Shown in pieces: positions 26,268 through 40,136 of a stretch of 64,000 nt of DNA; position 1 is the stretch's first letter, and the number at the start of each line of letters is the position of its first letter. The stretch spans positions 62,001 through 126,000 of the forward strand of contig CM022679.1 of assembly GCA_012295275.1 (NCBI GenBank). The letters are read 5' to 3'. Below the pieces are notes generated by a model. That model saw only the letters and a program-made list of their open reading frames with translations, had not been told where the DNA came from and did no database searches. This DNA comes from Chrysomallon squamiferum. Its lineage: Eukaryota; Animalia; Mollusca. The translations under genes and the position numbers were made by a program.

Positions 26268-27080
26268 TAGATGTTTTCCATGTTTAATAAAGATTTATTC
26301 AAGGATATTTTTCTGTAAATATTTTTGTATTTAGTATATATTTAGTCAGTGATATTTTTCTGTAAATATTTTTTTATTTAATATATATTTAGTCATTGAT
26401 ATTATTATGTAGATATTTTTGTATTTAGTACATATTTAGTCAAGGATATGTTTTTGTAGATGTTTTCCGTGTTTAATAAAGATTTAGTCAAGGATATTTT
26501 TCTGTAAACATTTTTGTATTTAGTATATATTTAGTCAAGGATAGTTTCTGTAGATATTTTTGTATTTAGTATATATTTAGTCAAGGATAGTTTCTGTAGA
26601 TATTTTTGTATTTAGTATATATTTAGTCAAGGATAGTTTTCTGTTGATAATTTTAATTTTGTATTTAGTAAATACAGCTACCGGTTCAGTTATCCGGATT
26701 CCTTGGGGCCTGAGGCATTCCGGATTTCTGGATTTTCCGGGGTTTTTTGGTACCAAGGCATCTAAATACGTAAATAATTAGGCATAAACATTTTAAAATT
26801 AAAAACATAATGAAAAAAGCGTCGGGAAAACACTTCCAGTTTTCTGGTCTTTCCGGATTTCAGAACGCCGGATAACTGGTCCGGTACCCGTATTTAGTCA
26901 AGGATATTTTTCTGTAGATATTTTTGTATTTAGTCAAGGATATTTTTCTGTAGATATTTTTGTATTTAGTCAGGGATATTTTTCTGTAAATATTTTTGTA
27001 TTTAGTATATATTTAGTCAAGGATATTTTTCTGTAGATATTTTTGTATTTAGTATATATTTAGTCAAGGATATTTTGGGA
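26268..27080. repeat. ~46-47 bp AT-rich minisatellite interrupted by a MITE
   Basis: Unit atttagtcaaggatatttttctgtagatatttttgtatttagtatat, repeated on both sides of 26675-26890, with shortened variants. Confidence 0.92.
26675..26890. mobile_element. 216-bp non-autonomous Tc1/mariner-pogo-type MITE
   Basis: TA on both flanks (26673-26674 and 26891-26892). Imperfect terminal inverted repeats cagctaccggttcagttatccgg / ccggataactggtccggtacccg. Internal tccgga repeats and no coding capacity. Confidence 0.85.
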
Positions 27081-27277
27081 TTTAATTTAGATTTATACTT
27101 CTGATATTTAAATTTTATTCTATATTTAAATAGTGCAAAGTTTATCACTATGTTCACGTTTAAATAAAATAATCATTTTTGCTTGCTTATTTTAACTATT
27201 TAATTAATAATACACCTTCACGGTTCTCTTCTCTTATACATACAAGCATTCCTAATTATCAACATATATAATAGGAT

Positions 27278-27325
<48 letters not shown>

Positions 27326-28305
27326 TACACATACATTATACATATGCACACAAATACCAGTTACACATTATACTGTTTACTTATTCATTATGTATTGAAT
27401 ACATATTTGTAAGAATCAACATAATTATGTAACGTATACTTGCGCACATACATCACTTATACATACATGCAGACACTGAAACCCACACACGCACGCATAT
27501 ACAAACACGCACACATAATTTTATCTATTTTATTAACATGCTTCCTTATTTTTCTTACTTCTGAAAAAAGAATCTACTGTTAAAACATCTCAAAATAAAA
27601 TATTTCACTTCTGAATTCCCAGTTTGTCACCTGTTTGGTTGTCGTGGTAGCTGCTGTGTCACGTGTAAAGATTTTGTAATTATCAGATAAAACGTGGAGA
27701 TGGGGGGTCGAGGAATTGTTTTGTCTGTGATTACGTTTGTCTGTGTAGTCTGTACACATCTCTCCTGAACGCTCGACATTTTCCTCACAAGCTGAAAAAT
27801 CAATTACGTGACAAAAATAGTCTCAATGTATGTTCAATTGATCGCGTCGTTTTAATAGTTTAATCCTGATGTGTCAACAAAATGTCGTTTTTCACGTTCT
27901 GATGTTGTGGACGTAGCCAACAAGAACGACACAGCCGCAGCGTTGGCATGCTTGAAACGTCAACGGTGATGTCGAGTGCGTTTCGCGTTGACCTGAAACA
28001 AACATGGAGTAATTACACGTGCTTCTAATAATTATAAACTGTCAACCGGAAGTAACGTCTAAAGAACGATAATCCGTCACGTTTTTAATGAATAATATTT
28101 GTAAACAACGAAATGTTTTATCAAATCGGTTCTTAGCATTCTTCTGTTTAAATTAGAATGAAGACATGATATTTAAAACTGTTTGTTTAATATTATCACA
28201 AGTTTACAAATCCAGGAACATTCTCAGCCTCTTCCTTTACACCACGCGTCGCTTTTACACATCGTATTTTCTAATCAACACATTTCCTGTTTATTTCTGA
28301 AACAA

Positions 28306-28308
<3 letters not shown>

Positions 28309-28374
<66 letters not shown>
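28309..28374. repeat. (CT)n microsatellite
   Basis: Pure CT run. Confidence 0.95.
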
Positions 28375-28376
<2 letters not shown>

Positions 28377-29349
28377 CTTTGTGTCTGTGTGATTATAAAA
28401 TCCTATAAACGAATTTGGAATAAAAAGTCTCGCATTTCAGTGGGGAAAAAAAAGGTAATAGTACAGCACTCAAAAGTAAATCAGCATTAAATATTTACAT
28501 ACATACATTTATTTTTCTTCATTTTATTGATTTACCTTTCCTGACTGAAGATGAAAGTAATGTAATGATTTTTAATGTGAAACAACACACACACACACAC
28601 ACACGCTATTAAAATACAACGAAGCAGTTTCTTGAGAGAGTTACTAACGACACTTCACGACATTATTTTAGCTCTGGCATCACAAAGAGCTGACTGAAGG
28701 TAATTTAATTTAGTTCTCCTCCGAGTAGTGTTCGGATCACACTACAGACTGACAGTCGTACACGCACTTGAGTGCTGTTTTCAAAGTCCAGCACTGTTCA
28801 CACTGACACAAACTTTATTCAAATCTCTTGCATTACGTCAGCAGTGACGTAGATGCCGAAAATAGACCGCGCGAGATAATAAAGATCCGCATACAACGCT
28901 TGAAAGTGCGACTGAAACAAATAAAGCCAGCGTATCAGTCTGTTTGTTTTTATTTCCGGAATTTTAATTCTCCCAGCGTCCATTTGTTGTTCAGAGTTCA
29001 AAGGGTGTTAATATGTCGATGATAGCAACAACAACAACAACAACAAGAAGATGATAATGATAAACCAAAAAAAAAGGAAAAAATAAATTTAATATACAGG
29101 CTTTGAAAACTGCTAAAAATAACGTACATTATTTTCTTTTCATATTCTTCAGTTTATATATATATATATATCGATAGATAGATAGATACACACACACATT
29201 TACACATATACACACACATACACATTTACATATACACACACGCACACACATAGACATACCACAACAGTATATATTCTCAGATTATAGACAATGTACATAT
29301 CGAGTGATGGTATTATATTCGTTTTTCTAAACTAATATGATCATATTTC

Positions 29350-29395
<46 letters not shown>

Positions 29396-29408
29396 CACAC
29401 ACATACAT

Positions 29409-29448
<40 letters not shown>

Positions 29449-29813
29449 TAATTCACATAAATCTGTAGATACAGATACATTTACTTTATGTATTTGTTTA
29501 TGTTAATAGTTTCTTGTTGAAAATGATATCATTTTAACAGCTTTCAGGACTAAGTATTAGCTTTCAGATTTCTTCTGATATTTTTAGAAAATAATTTTAC
29601 TAGGTAATCATTTTTTTTTTTTATAACACACGTCAGCGTCAAAGTATTAGATTTGCAACGTCGTCGTGGTTTTGGACGTAGGAAGAAAATGACATGTCTA
29701 CAGCGACTCCTACGTCAGCCTCCGGGAACGACGACATTGAGGTTTATTTTAAAACTACAAAACATCTCTCAAAATAAACCTAATCGAATTGAAAGTGCTG
29801 CCAGGCGTTTCCA

Positions 29814-29873
<60 letters not shown>

Positions 29874-30779
29874 CTATTTTATAATAAATGTGAATTTATA
29901 AATGATAATCTGAAAAGATTAGGGTATTTTTTTTCTTCTTTTCATTCTTTTTTTCTTTCTTATTATTTTTATCCTTATTTCTAATTTCTGAATTTGTATG
30001 TAACAACGATACGTATTTTTATCTTTCTGCCTCTTTCCTTTCCACACAAACTCACACACACGCGTATATACAACATACACACATATTCACATGTACACAC
30101 ATACCTACACAAAACGCATACAACCTCACATCCTAAAAAAACATACATACAGGCATACAGCGACACATATTACTGTATTCAGATAGTAGTCAAAACAAAT
30201 TTTTTAAATAAATAGTCATTTATTTGTTTATTTATTTTCATATTTATTCTTAAGTTTGTTATATCTAAATATTTTTCTGCTACAAGTTACATAAAATCAG
30301 TATTGATGATAATAATAATAAAAAGCATTTTGTTTTGTTTTGTTTTGTTTGTTCTTTATTTTCCGTTAATTCAGTGAACTAAATTAAAATCAAAATAACA
30401 TATATAAAGCTAAAATGTAGTTAGAAAGGATGAAAGAAAGAAGGAAAGAAAATATAACAAAGGAAGAGAAAAAGAAAATTTAAATAAAAAAGGACAGTCA
30501 CGTGACTCAGTGTCAATATCAAATATCAGAAGAAGTATTTACGCCACACTAAAGTAAATAGCAACATTTCCAAATGATGCAGCAAAATGAAGAAAAAAAA
30601 TTATGCACACTTAGTAAAATGAGAAGCATGCAGTGAAGACAAATATAAAAATTCGTTTTATTTGTTTTTCAAGTTTTGAAAACATTTCTTTTTTATCGAC
30701 GAACCTTGAATCCGACAATGACGCTGTTTTTAGAAATAACATATTATCATCATCAGCAGTAGCATCATAATTATCTTTA

Positions 30780-30815
30780 TTATTGTTATTATTATTATTA
30801 TTATTATTATCATCA

Positions 30816-30856
<41 letters not shown>

Positions 30857-30877
30857 GTTATTCATCATCATCATCAT

Positions 30878-30931
<54 letters not shown>
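30780..30931. repeat. (ATT)n/(ATC)n compound microsatellite
   Basis: Long trinucleotide run; source of the poly-L/Y/N pseudo-ORFs. Confidence 0.95.
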
Positions 30932-30932
<1 letters not shown>

Positions 30933-31513
30933 TGGGATTTTAAACTGATTCTACATTATAATATTTTTAAGTTTCACATATTTATTAATCTTTAAAAACA
31001 TATAAAATAAAAAGATAACCATAAATTATTTTTGAAATACCTAGCGGCTACACGTACATAGAGTACTTCATGCATGACTGAATACATGGTACCTGATTTT
31101 AAACGAAACAAGTCGCTCTATTAATACGTCATACTAATCTGTTATCTGAACGAAGCTACACTATCTATCTTCAGTAATACAAAAATAATAATAATAATAA
31201 TAATAACATTATTGTTGTTGTTGTATATTTACTGGTCTTTGTTGTTGCTGCTGCTGCTGTCGTTGTTGTTATTGTTTTAGGCCGAAAGAAACTGGATATT
31301 TAACAATATTTTATTTGCAGTTTTATTTATTTAATTTTGTTTTCATTTTTTGTTTTGTTAATAATTTCTTTTTCTTTTTTTTTTTTTTCAGTTTTTAAAT
31401 AATTATACAATTATAAATTATTTTTGAAACCATTTGACAAAAAAAAAAATACACCTGTAGGCTAAACCTTCTTTAGTATGTCACGCATCACGAACATAGT
31501 TTTCAAGGCTTAG

Positions 31514-31636
<123 letters not shown>

Positions 31637-33167
31637 TGTATGGCTACATATACACATTCACTTTTTTATTATAAAATGAAGAATCTTATGTTATTTTTGT
31701 TGTTATTGTTTTTATTTTAAATGTTATTGTTGTTGCTGTTGTTAGAGCTGTTTTAGTTGCACTGTGACATTTATATTCTGTATAATAAATGTCTTTTTGG
31801 GTTGTTGTTTTTTTTGGTTAACAACACTGAAACAACTGTTACATGCAAAACGAAATCGCATATGTCAGCATTTCACGGCTTTCACCAGGAGATAAAAACA
31901 AATCGATACGAAACGAAGCAGCCAAACGACATTCACTTTACGTAGTTCTGTCTTTCTGAAACTGTCAGTGCAGTCGTAGTTAACCGTACCCAGGGATACG
32001 TCCACGATAACACACGTAAACACTTTTAACGACTCCTAAAGTGGTTTCGGCAATTTCCGTCAATACGGAAATATGTCCCTTGACGTCAAAGGCTTGGATA
32101 ATCGATTTTTGTCTGTTGACGTCAGAGTGTAGATTTGTTACATCTGCGGCGAAAATGGAAGCCGGTGATACACACGTTAATAAGATTGGAGAGGCGAAAT
32201 ATTGATCCTGTGTGAACCGAGCTTGGCCTTTGGAGAGTTACCATTTTAGAATGAATTCGTTTTCTTCTTGTTAAAAGTATTTTTGTCTGTGTTCATTACT
32301 CGACAATCGTAAGAAATGATCGCGAAACAGATCGATAAACAGTGACGTCAATGAGAAGGTTTATCAATGAACAACAGAACCGTAAATTGATCAGAGGTAG
32401 TAAAAATAAAATCAGTTTTTAAGAGAAAAACAAATTTTATTCAATTAAAACCGAGATCTAATCTTAGCTCCTTAAATAAACCTTGTAGCTGGAAGGCAAG
32501 ACTATATATAAAATGAGAGCAGCAACGACCACAACTATTACAACAGGGACAACAACAATAATGTCGACATATGCAACAGTAACAATAGTAATAACAGTAA
32601 CAATAATAATAGTAATAATAATAATTACCATAACAACGACGAGAACAGCAGCAGCAACAACAATGATTATAACTAACTAAACAAAAACAAAAACAAAATA
32701 TAATAATAATAATAAATAAATATATTAATAAAAATAATAATAATAATAACAACAACAATAACAACAAAAGAACAGAATAAAAGCGAGTTTGTGTTTAATG
32801 TAAGTAACATGTAAAAAGGCTGCAGTGAAGTAACTGACAGTGGATTAAGGGATGTCAGATTGTTAGATTTATTTCGAAAACTTAAAATTTATCGTTCCGT
32901 CCGACAGAGGCAGTCACGTGCACTATTAACAGTCATCAAAGTTAGCATTATAATTCTGTTTTGCTGTCGTTGTCGTAGTTGTTGTTTTTAGTGATTAAGC
33001 CACACAGCGAGAAAAATATCTCTCCTCCTGCTGACCTAGCACTTAATACGTCGCCATGTTGACATTTACACAGCAGCTGGCGTCAGACGAATTACCTTAC
33101 TGTGTTTACGTAGTTACCTCATCCGTCACCACCATATGTATGTGTGTTTACGTAGTTACCTCATCCG

Positions 33168-33217
33168 TATGTGTGTGTGTATATATATATATGTGTGTGT
33201 GTATGTATGTATGTATG

Positions 33218-33249
<32 letters not shown>

Positions 33250-33375
33250 TGTATGTATCTACGTATGTGTGTGTATATGTGTATGTGTATGTATGTATGT
33301 ATGTATGTATGTACGTATGTATGTATGTGTATATATGTATGTATGTGTGGATGTATGTATGTATATGTACATGTA
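33168..33375. repeat. (TATG)n/(TG)n microsatellite
   Basis: Interrupted tatg repeats. Confidence 0.9.
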
Positions 33376-33529
33376 GTGAACTAATATGTATGTTACGTAC
33401 CAATGTGTGTGTGTATGTGATATTTGTTGAAATGATATGTGGTATGCATATACATAATGTTCTTCTGATATTTGTTGAAATGATGCTGGTAAGTACTAAT
33501 GTTCTTCTTTTGCGTATCAATGAAGTACT

Positions 33530-33855
33530 GGTATTTACTAATGTTGTACTGGTAGTCACTAATCTAGTACTGGTAGTCGCTAATTTAGTGCTGGTAATCA
33601 CTAATCTAGTACTGGTAGTCACTAATCTAGTACTGGTAGTCACTAATCTAGTACTGGTACTTACTAATCTAGTACTGGTACTTACTAATGTAGTAATGAT
33701 AATTACTGAAATAGATAGTACTGTTACGTATTAATGTAGTACTGTTACGTACTAATATAATCCTGTGACGTATTAATGTAGTACTGTTACGTATTAATGT
33801 ACTACTGTTACGTACTAATGTAATCCTGTTACGTATTAATGTAGTACTGGTACCT
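33530..33855. repeat. Two abutting, related 21-bp minisatellites
   Basis: actaatctagtactggtagtc repeated over ~33530-33690, then gtactgttacgtattaatgta repeated over ~33718-33855. Confidence 0.9.
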
Positions 33856-35412
33856 ACAAATGTAGTTTTAGAACATTATACTTTATACGAATGAACACGC
33901 GAACTGTTATTTAATGAGTAAAACATTTTATAGTCTCACCTACAACAAATTTCTAGCTCAGTGTGTGTATTTGTTTGTGTGTGTGTGCACATTTGTGTAG
34001 AGCATTTTAACATGTTTGCAGTACTGTGTCATTTTGTATGTATGTTTATTTTATTTACATACCTCATCCGTATTATCTATTATGTGTGTGTATGTATGTA
34101 CGTATGAATGTATATATGTAGGCACATTTTTTATATGCATGTATGTATGCATGTATTGTAGTATGTATATATGTTTTTATGAATGTACGTATTTGTATAT
34201 CTATATATACATCTGTTTGGGTGCATGTATGTATGTATGTGGATGTACAAACTGTATGTATGCGAGTAACATAAATTTCAAGCGATAATAGACTGTTTAA
34301 TGAACTAAAAAAATAAAAATAATAATAAAGAATTTTTTAATGTTTAAATTTAAATATTTATACGAGAGTGCTGTTTTTATCGCTGTGTGATGTGAAACGT
34401 GAAACTGCAAGTGAACATTTATTACAATCAACGTCTACAACACATTCTATTTATGTCACTTCACGTTTCCGGCTGCCTCGGCCAGTCAGCCAATCACAGC
34501 AGGCGACACAACACATGTCGGCCAACAAACAAACAGAAAACATTCCGCGTTTTAGCATTTCCGTGTTTCCTATATCGAGTTGTCAGTTTGATATGAAAAT
34601 TAAAATGGGTTGAAGTTAGAGTGTGACTGTGAGTTTTTTTGTTGTTTAGTTTGTTTGTTTTGTTTTGTTTTGTTACTTTTTATACATTTATATATATATA
34701 TATATATTTGTTTTTTACAACAACAAAAAAAGAAAGAAAAAATGTCATAAAACATCCATACGACTTTGTATACCAGAGAATGTAAATTATTTGGCTTCAT
34801 TAGACATGCAGAAAGGGGCAAACTGAATACATTTACTAGTGGTCATGGTATTAGAGAAGTGTATAATACTTATCACAAACTTCTTATTTACTAGTTGTCT
34901 ACAATATGGGAGATGTATCATTCTAAAACATTATTTTACTAAAACTTAACAATTATTTTTACTATTATGCTTTTACTGTCACTACTACTCTTACTGCCAC
35001 TGTTACCATAACTACTACTACTACTACTACCACTACTACTACTACTGCCACCACCACCACCAACATCAGTAATACTACCGCTACACCTACTGTCATCACT
35101 ATTAATACTATTACTGTCACAAGTCGTGGTTCGAATGTGATAAATCAAACGATGAAGAGACAAACAAAATACTTTTTTCCATACTGAATATATTATTATT
35201 ATTACTATTATTATTATTATTATTATTTTAATACAGTAGTCACGAAATACAAGTTCGTAAAGCAAAATCATGTTGCTGTGTGCATAACAGATTTTAGCTG
35301 AGATCAAAATGACGTCATCTGGCAAGTTCAACTTCAGGATATTTTCTCAACTACACAAAAGCAAAAATGACATCTAATTATCCACATCAAAATTATTTTC
35401 TCAGCTAATAAT

Positions 35413-35450
<38 letters not shown>

Positions 35451-37227
35451 ACGTCATTTGTTATAATTAGAAACATTAAATACTAATTTAGCCTAGAGGT
35501 CTTTTATATCTATCAAAGTCTAAGTAACTAAGTTAAATTCCTTGTGTATGACGTCATCATGACGTGTTTGACCTAGACGTGTTGTGACCCAGTGCTAGGT
35601 ACTTCACAGTCATGTAGCTGGGGGCAGCTCGGTCTGTTTGATGTTATGTATTTCAAATCACTACTTGGTGTGGATGTGTTAGTGGTTTTGGTACTGATTT
35701 ACTAAAACTTGTGGGAAATAACTGAAACCGGAAAAATATAATATCATCTTCTTTTGCATCATCATCATCATCATGTAATATAGAATTTCCTTCTTAGTTA
35801 TAATTTCTGCAGTATCATCATCATCACGACAATCGTCGTCAACAACAGGAACTATAACAACAACAACAATAATAATAACAAAGTTGTTGTTATTTTCCCG
35901 TAATTCATAGTTTATCAAATTCATACTTGCTGATTTGACAAAACTAATTAGTGAGACCCTCTCTGCTTCTACGCATCACGTGCGAGGTCATGACCTCTCT
36001 GATTAATTGTTCTCTGCGTGTTCTTTCTTTGACGTCATGCAGCATTGTATTACTGATAAGATCGCAGATTGGTCATTTCTTCTAGAAGGTTTTTGTGATG
36101 CAGTAAACACTTTATAAAAAGATATATTTAATATTTAATAATTTATTTTTTATTTTAAATCAGATATTTCCCTGAGATTTGTCATAGTTTTGTGATGGTT
36201 GCTTCAGTACTGAGGTCTGCTCTATTTTATTGACTATGTAATGTGAAATTATAATTATATGTGTAAAGGATTTACAAATAATAGAAAGTTTACTGTACAA
36301 TTGCTCCTTGTTATGAATGGTCTAGAAATGTAACACATTACGGCAACATTTTGTAGGTAATGAACTCCTTTGTGATGTTTACATATTTCTGAATGGATTC
36401 GTTCTGTATTAGTTCAAACTGAGCGAAAATGTTATAGTTTATTACTGTTGTTGTTGTTGTTGTTGTTGTTCTTCTTCTTCTTCTTCTTCTTCTTATTATT
36501 ATTATTGTAAAACATACTTCACAATAACATACATCCCAAAACACATACAAATATTCATTCATTCCTATACACATTCATACGTAGGTACATTATATATAAA
36601 TATACACTGAGAGAAAACAAAAACTTGACGACATTACGTGACAGCAGATCTGAAAGTCTGACTGTAGATAACTGAGTTTATCACACACACTGACATATGC
36701 AGTGTACATATCAGTGACACAGAAAAAAAAAAAACGTGTCAGTAAAAAACAAAAGTGAATCATAAATTAGACTTGAGGGGAAACAAATATTTCAGATTAC
36801 TTCTTAGTGTTCAGTTATATTTTAAATATACTGAACAACACCGAAATTTGATTTTTTTAATCTGATGACTTATTTTCGAATATAGCTGAATAGCATGCCA
36901 GACTAATTTAGACAAAAATATTTGTAAAACTTATATATAATTTTGATAATATTGATTTTAAACTTCTTATAGATAAATGTAGACTGAGTGTGATTTAATA
37001 TAGGTTTTAGTTCTAAAATCTAATAATAAATGTCACACACCTGTACTGTGATAGCTGCACGTGTTTACAGTGTGTTCTTTCTCTTCTGTGACATTCGCGC
37101 CACTTGTTTTATACTACTTCATAAACCGTCTCTACGTCATCTGTCTGTGACGTCACTCCTGACTGCATCACTAATAACATCTAGGCTTGGTCATTTCGTC
37201 TGCAAACGTTTAAATACTACTACTAAT

Positions 37228-37782
37228 ACTAGTTTAACTTTTGTTTATCAATATATTCTTGTACATTCTGAAAACTTCTATTGATTAACTTTTTGTTATC
37301 AGGATATCGTGAATACTTCTTATGATTAACTTTTGTTTATCAGTATACTCTTGTATATAGTGAAAACTTCTAGTAATTAACTTTTGTTTATTAGTATATT
37401 CTTGTAATATAGTGAATACTTCTAGTGATTAACTTTTGTTTATCAGTATACTCTGAGTACATATAGTGAATACCTCTAGTGATTAACTTTTTTTTATCAG
37501 TATACTTTGTGTATATAGTGAATACGTCTAGTGATTAACTTTTGTTTATCAGAATACTTTGTGTATGTCGTGAATACGTCTAGTGATTAACTTTTGTTTA
37601 TCTGTATACTCTGTGTATATCGTGATTACGTCTAGTGATTAACTTTTGTTTATCAGTATGCGCTGAGTATATCGTGATTACGTCTAGTGATTAACTATTG
37701 TTTATCTGTATACTCTGTGTATATCGTGATTACGTCTAGTGATTAACTTTTGTTTATCAGTATCGCTGAGTATATCGTGATT
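37228..37782. repeat. ~52-bp minisatellite, about 11 copies, with polarised divergence
   Basis: Unit tagtgattaacttttgtttatcagtatactctgtgtatatcgtgattacgtc. Left copies read ...atagtgaaaacttc and right copies read ...atcgtgattacgtc. Confidence 0.93.
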
Positions 37783-39490
37783 TCTCGCAGCCCGAGGCGC
37801 CGGTAGATTGAACATTCTGTCCTTAATGTCCCTTTTCACCGCTAAAATTAGATGGGTGAAGAGCCGCTGTTTAACCGTATTGGACCCTCGGGCACGTCAG
37901 CGTAACATTTGTCGGTGTTCTGTCTGCCCGACATGACGACAACACGACCACGATATATCAGTTGTGAACACACGTTGTCAGCAACGTCACAGCTGAGTGT
38001 ATCAGACTACCACATCACCCTGCCAGCATTCAGATTCATTTTGTGGAAATCAATTTTGTTTTTACTCAAATTTTAATTCACGTACAAAATGTTAGAAATT
38101 TAAAAGCTGTATGAAGTTGGCTGTGACAGTAAAACTCCAGCCTGAATATTAAAAAAATGAGAAGACGAATCTGCACTGTGGCAGATTTGTCATCATTCTT
38201 GTTAATTGGTTTTAGGACAGGTGTCAGAAGTAGACAGGTTAGATTAGAATGGCTAACGATGACAGAAAACACAAACTGACTCTCAGACGAAAACGTAGTG
38301 TGAGAACGGCCAGTTTGCTCGCAATGTGACAAAGTAATTAACGTCGTCAGCGTGGGAGTGGACGTTGCATAAGTAAATGTAGGTGTGAGTGGTTGATGAT
38401 GCTGTGTTAGAGAGATGTGTAGGTAATATTTTATTACACTAATGCATCAATCACAAATCTAAAATTATTACATCTTTACTTCGTGTTTACTTAAACTGAA
38501 TACATATTTATATACACAAACATATATAAAGGTACAGTGCATAAAACAACAACAATAACAACAACAACAACAACAACGACAACAACTACAAATACTATAC
38601 AGGAACAGTAATAAGTAATAATAATGACAATAACAAAGATTAACAAAGAGTAATAATGATGATACTGATGATAATAATAACACAACAACAAATAATAATA
38701 ATAAAAATAAACAGTGACGAAAAGCAGTAAGGATACTACTACTACTGCTGCTACTACTACAACTACTACTACTACCAATAATAATAATAAATTAAATAAT
38801 AACAGTGTATTCTTGTATGCACACTTGAAAGTTTTTGTTGACGTCTAACTGTAACACAGTACTAAACATTTGATGACGTAGAAGAACTGACAGACACGTG
38901 GTAATGTTCTCACGTCGTTGATAACGTCGTGTTGGGTTTATGAATGAAGTCTGGTTATTCTCAACTTGTCAGTCACGATAACAGATCATTCTGTGAGAGA
39001 ATTTCACACGACAAGACGCGTTTTATTTGTAACAGCTACAACGAGGACGACAGTGATAACTTTTTTGTAACAACAACAAAACAATAGTAATAATAGCAAT
39101 AACAATAACGACAATAATAATAACAGTAGTAGTAGTAATACTAATATTAACAGCATTAACAACAACAACAACAACAATATTACTACTAATAATAATACTT
39201 ATAAGAAATAACTACACTTGGATAAATGAATTAAATATTATAATATGTATGAACGTCATTCAGGCTAAGTAAATACAAAATTTAATCAATAAAAATGCAT
39301 TCCATGTTTGGTTTAGATAGAAAATGTTTTCACAGTATTAACAACAGATATCATATTTCATTCAGTATATTTGTTCATTTTATTATCTTCATGAATATGT
39401 ATGAGATGCTGTGTTAAGTTATGACGTCATGGACAATTAAACTCGTCTGCCACAATGCATACTTTGTGGAAGAAATAATAATCACTTCTC

Positions 39491-39528
<38 letters not shown>

Positions 39529-40097
39529 CTTTTTTTCAATAATATGTACAGTAAAACGAGAACAATATAACATATTCAAAGGTCACATTTGCATATTAAA
39601 ATAGTCTTGACATAAATCACATTTGCATATTAATTAAACTTATAAAATGGAGCAGACTGCCTTGACACTTGGTAGATCGTAGGATCATTCCTCTTACAGG
39701 ACTCCACCGTTTTTATAAATATAAGATTGAAAAAAAGTAAGAAAGTGAGGCTGAACTAGAAACATAAAGTAATAATGAATTAACTCATCGATATTCACTA
39801 CTTCCTGGTTGTCATAGTTACACCCGATATGGCGACCCCTGTGACTTCCTTCACATAAGATATGTTGAGAAAGATTAATGAACCGGAAGCAAAAAATATG
39901 ACGTCTTAAACAATTAGCTGTATGTCTATCTATTTAATTTAATCTTTATACAGGTCTCTCTGCGGTTGTGTCTTGTCTGTCTGTCTGTCTGTCTTTCTAT
40001 CTATCTATCTTTATATTTGCTGATGTATACCTGTATTAATGTTTATCTGTATGTATGTATGTATGTATGTATGTATGTATGTATGTATGTATGTATG

Positions 40098-40136
<39 letters not shown>

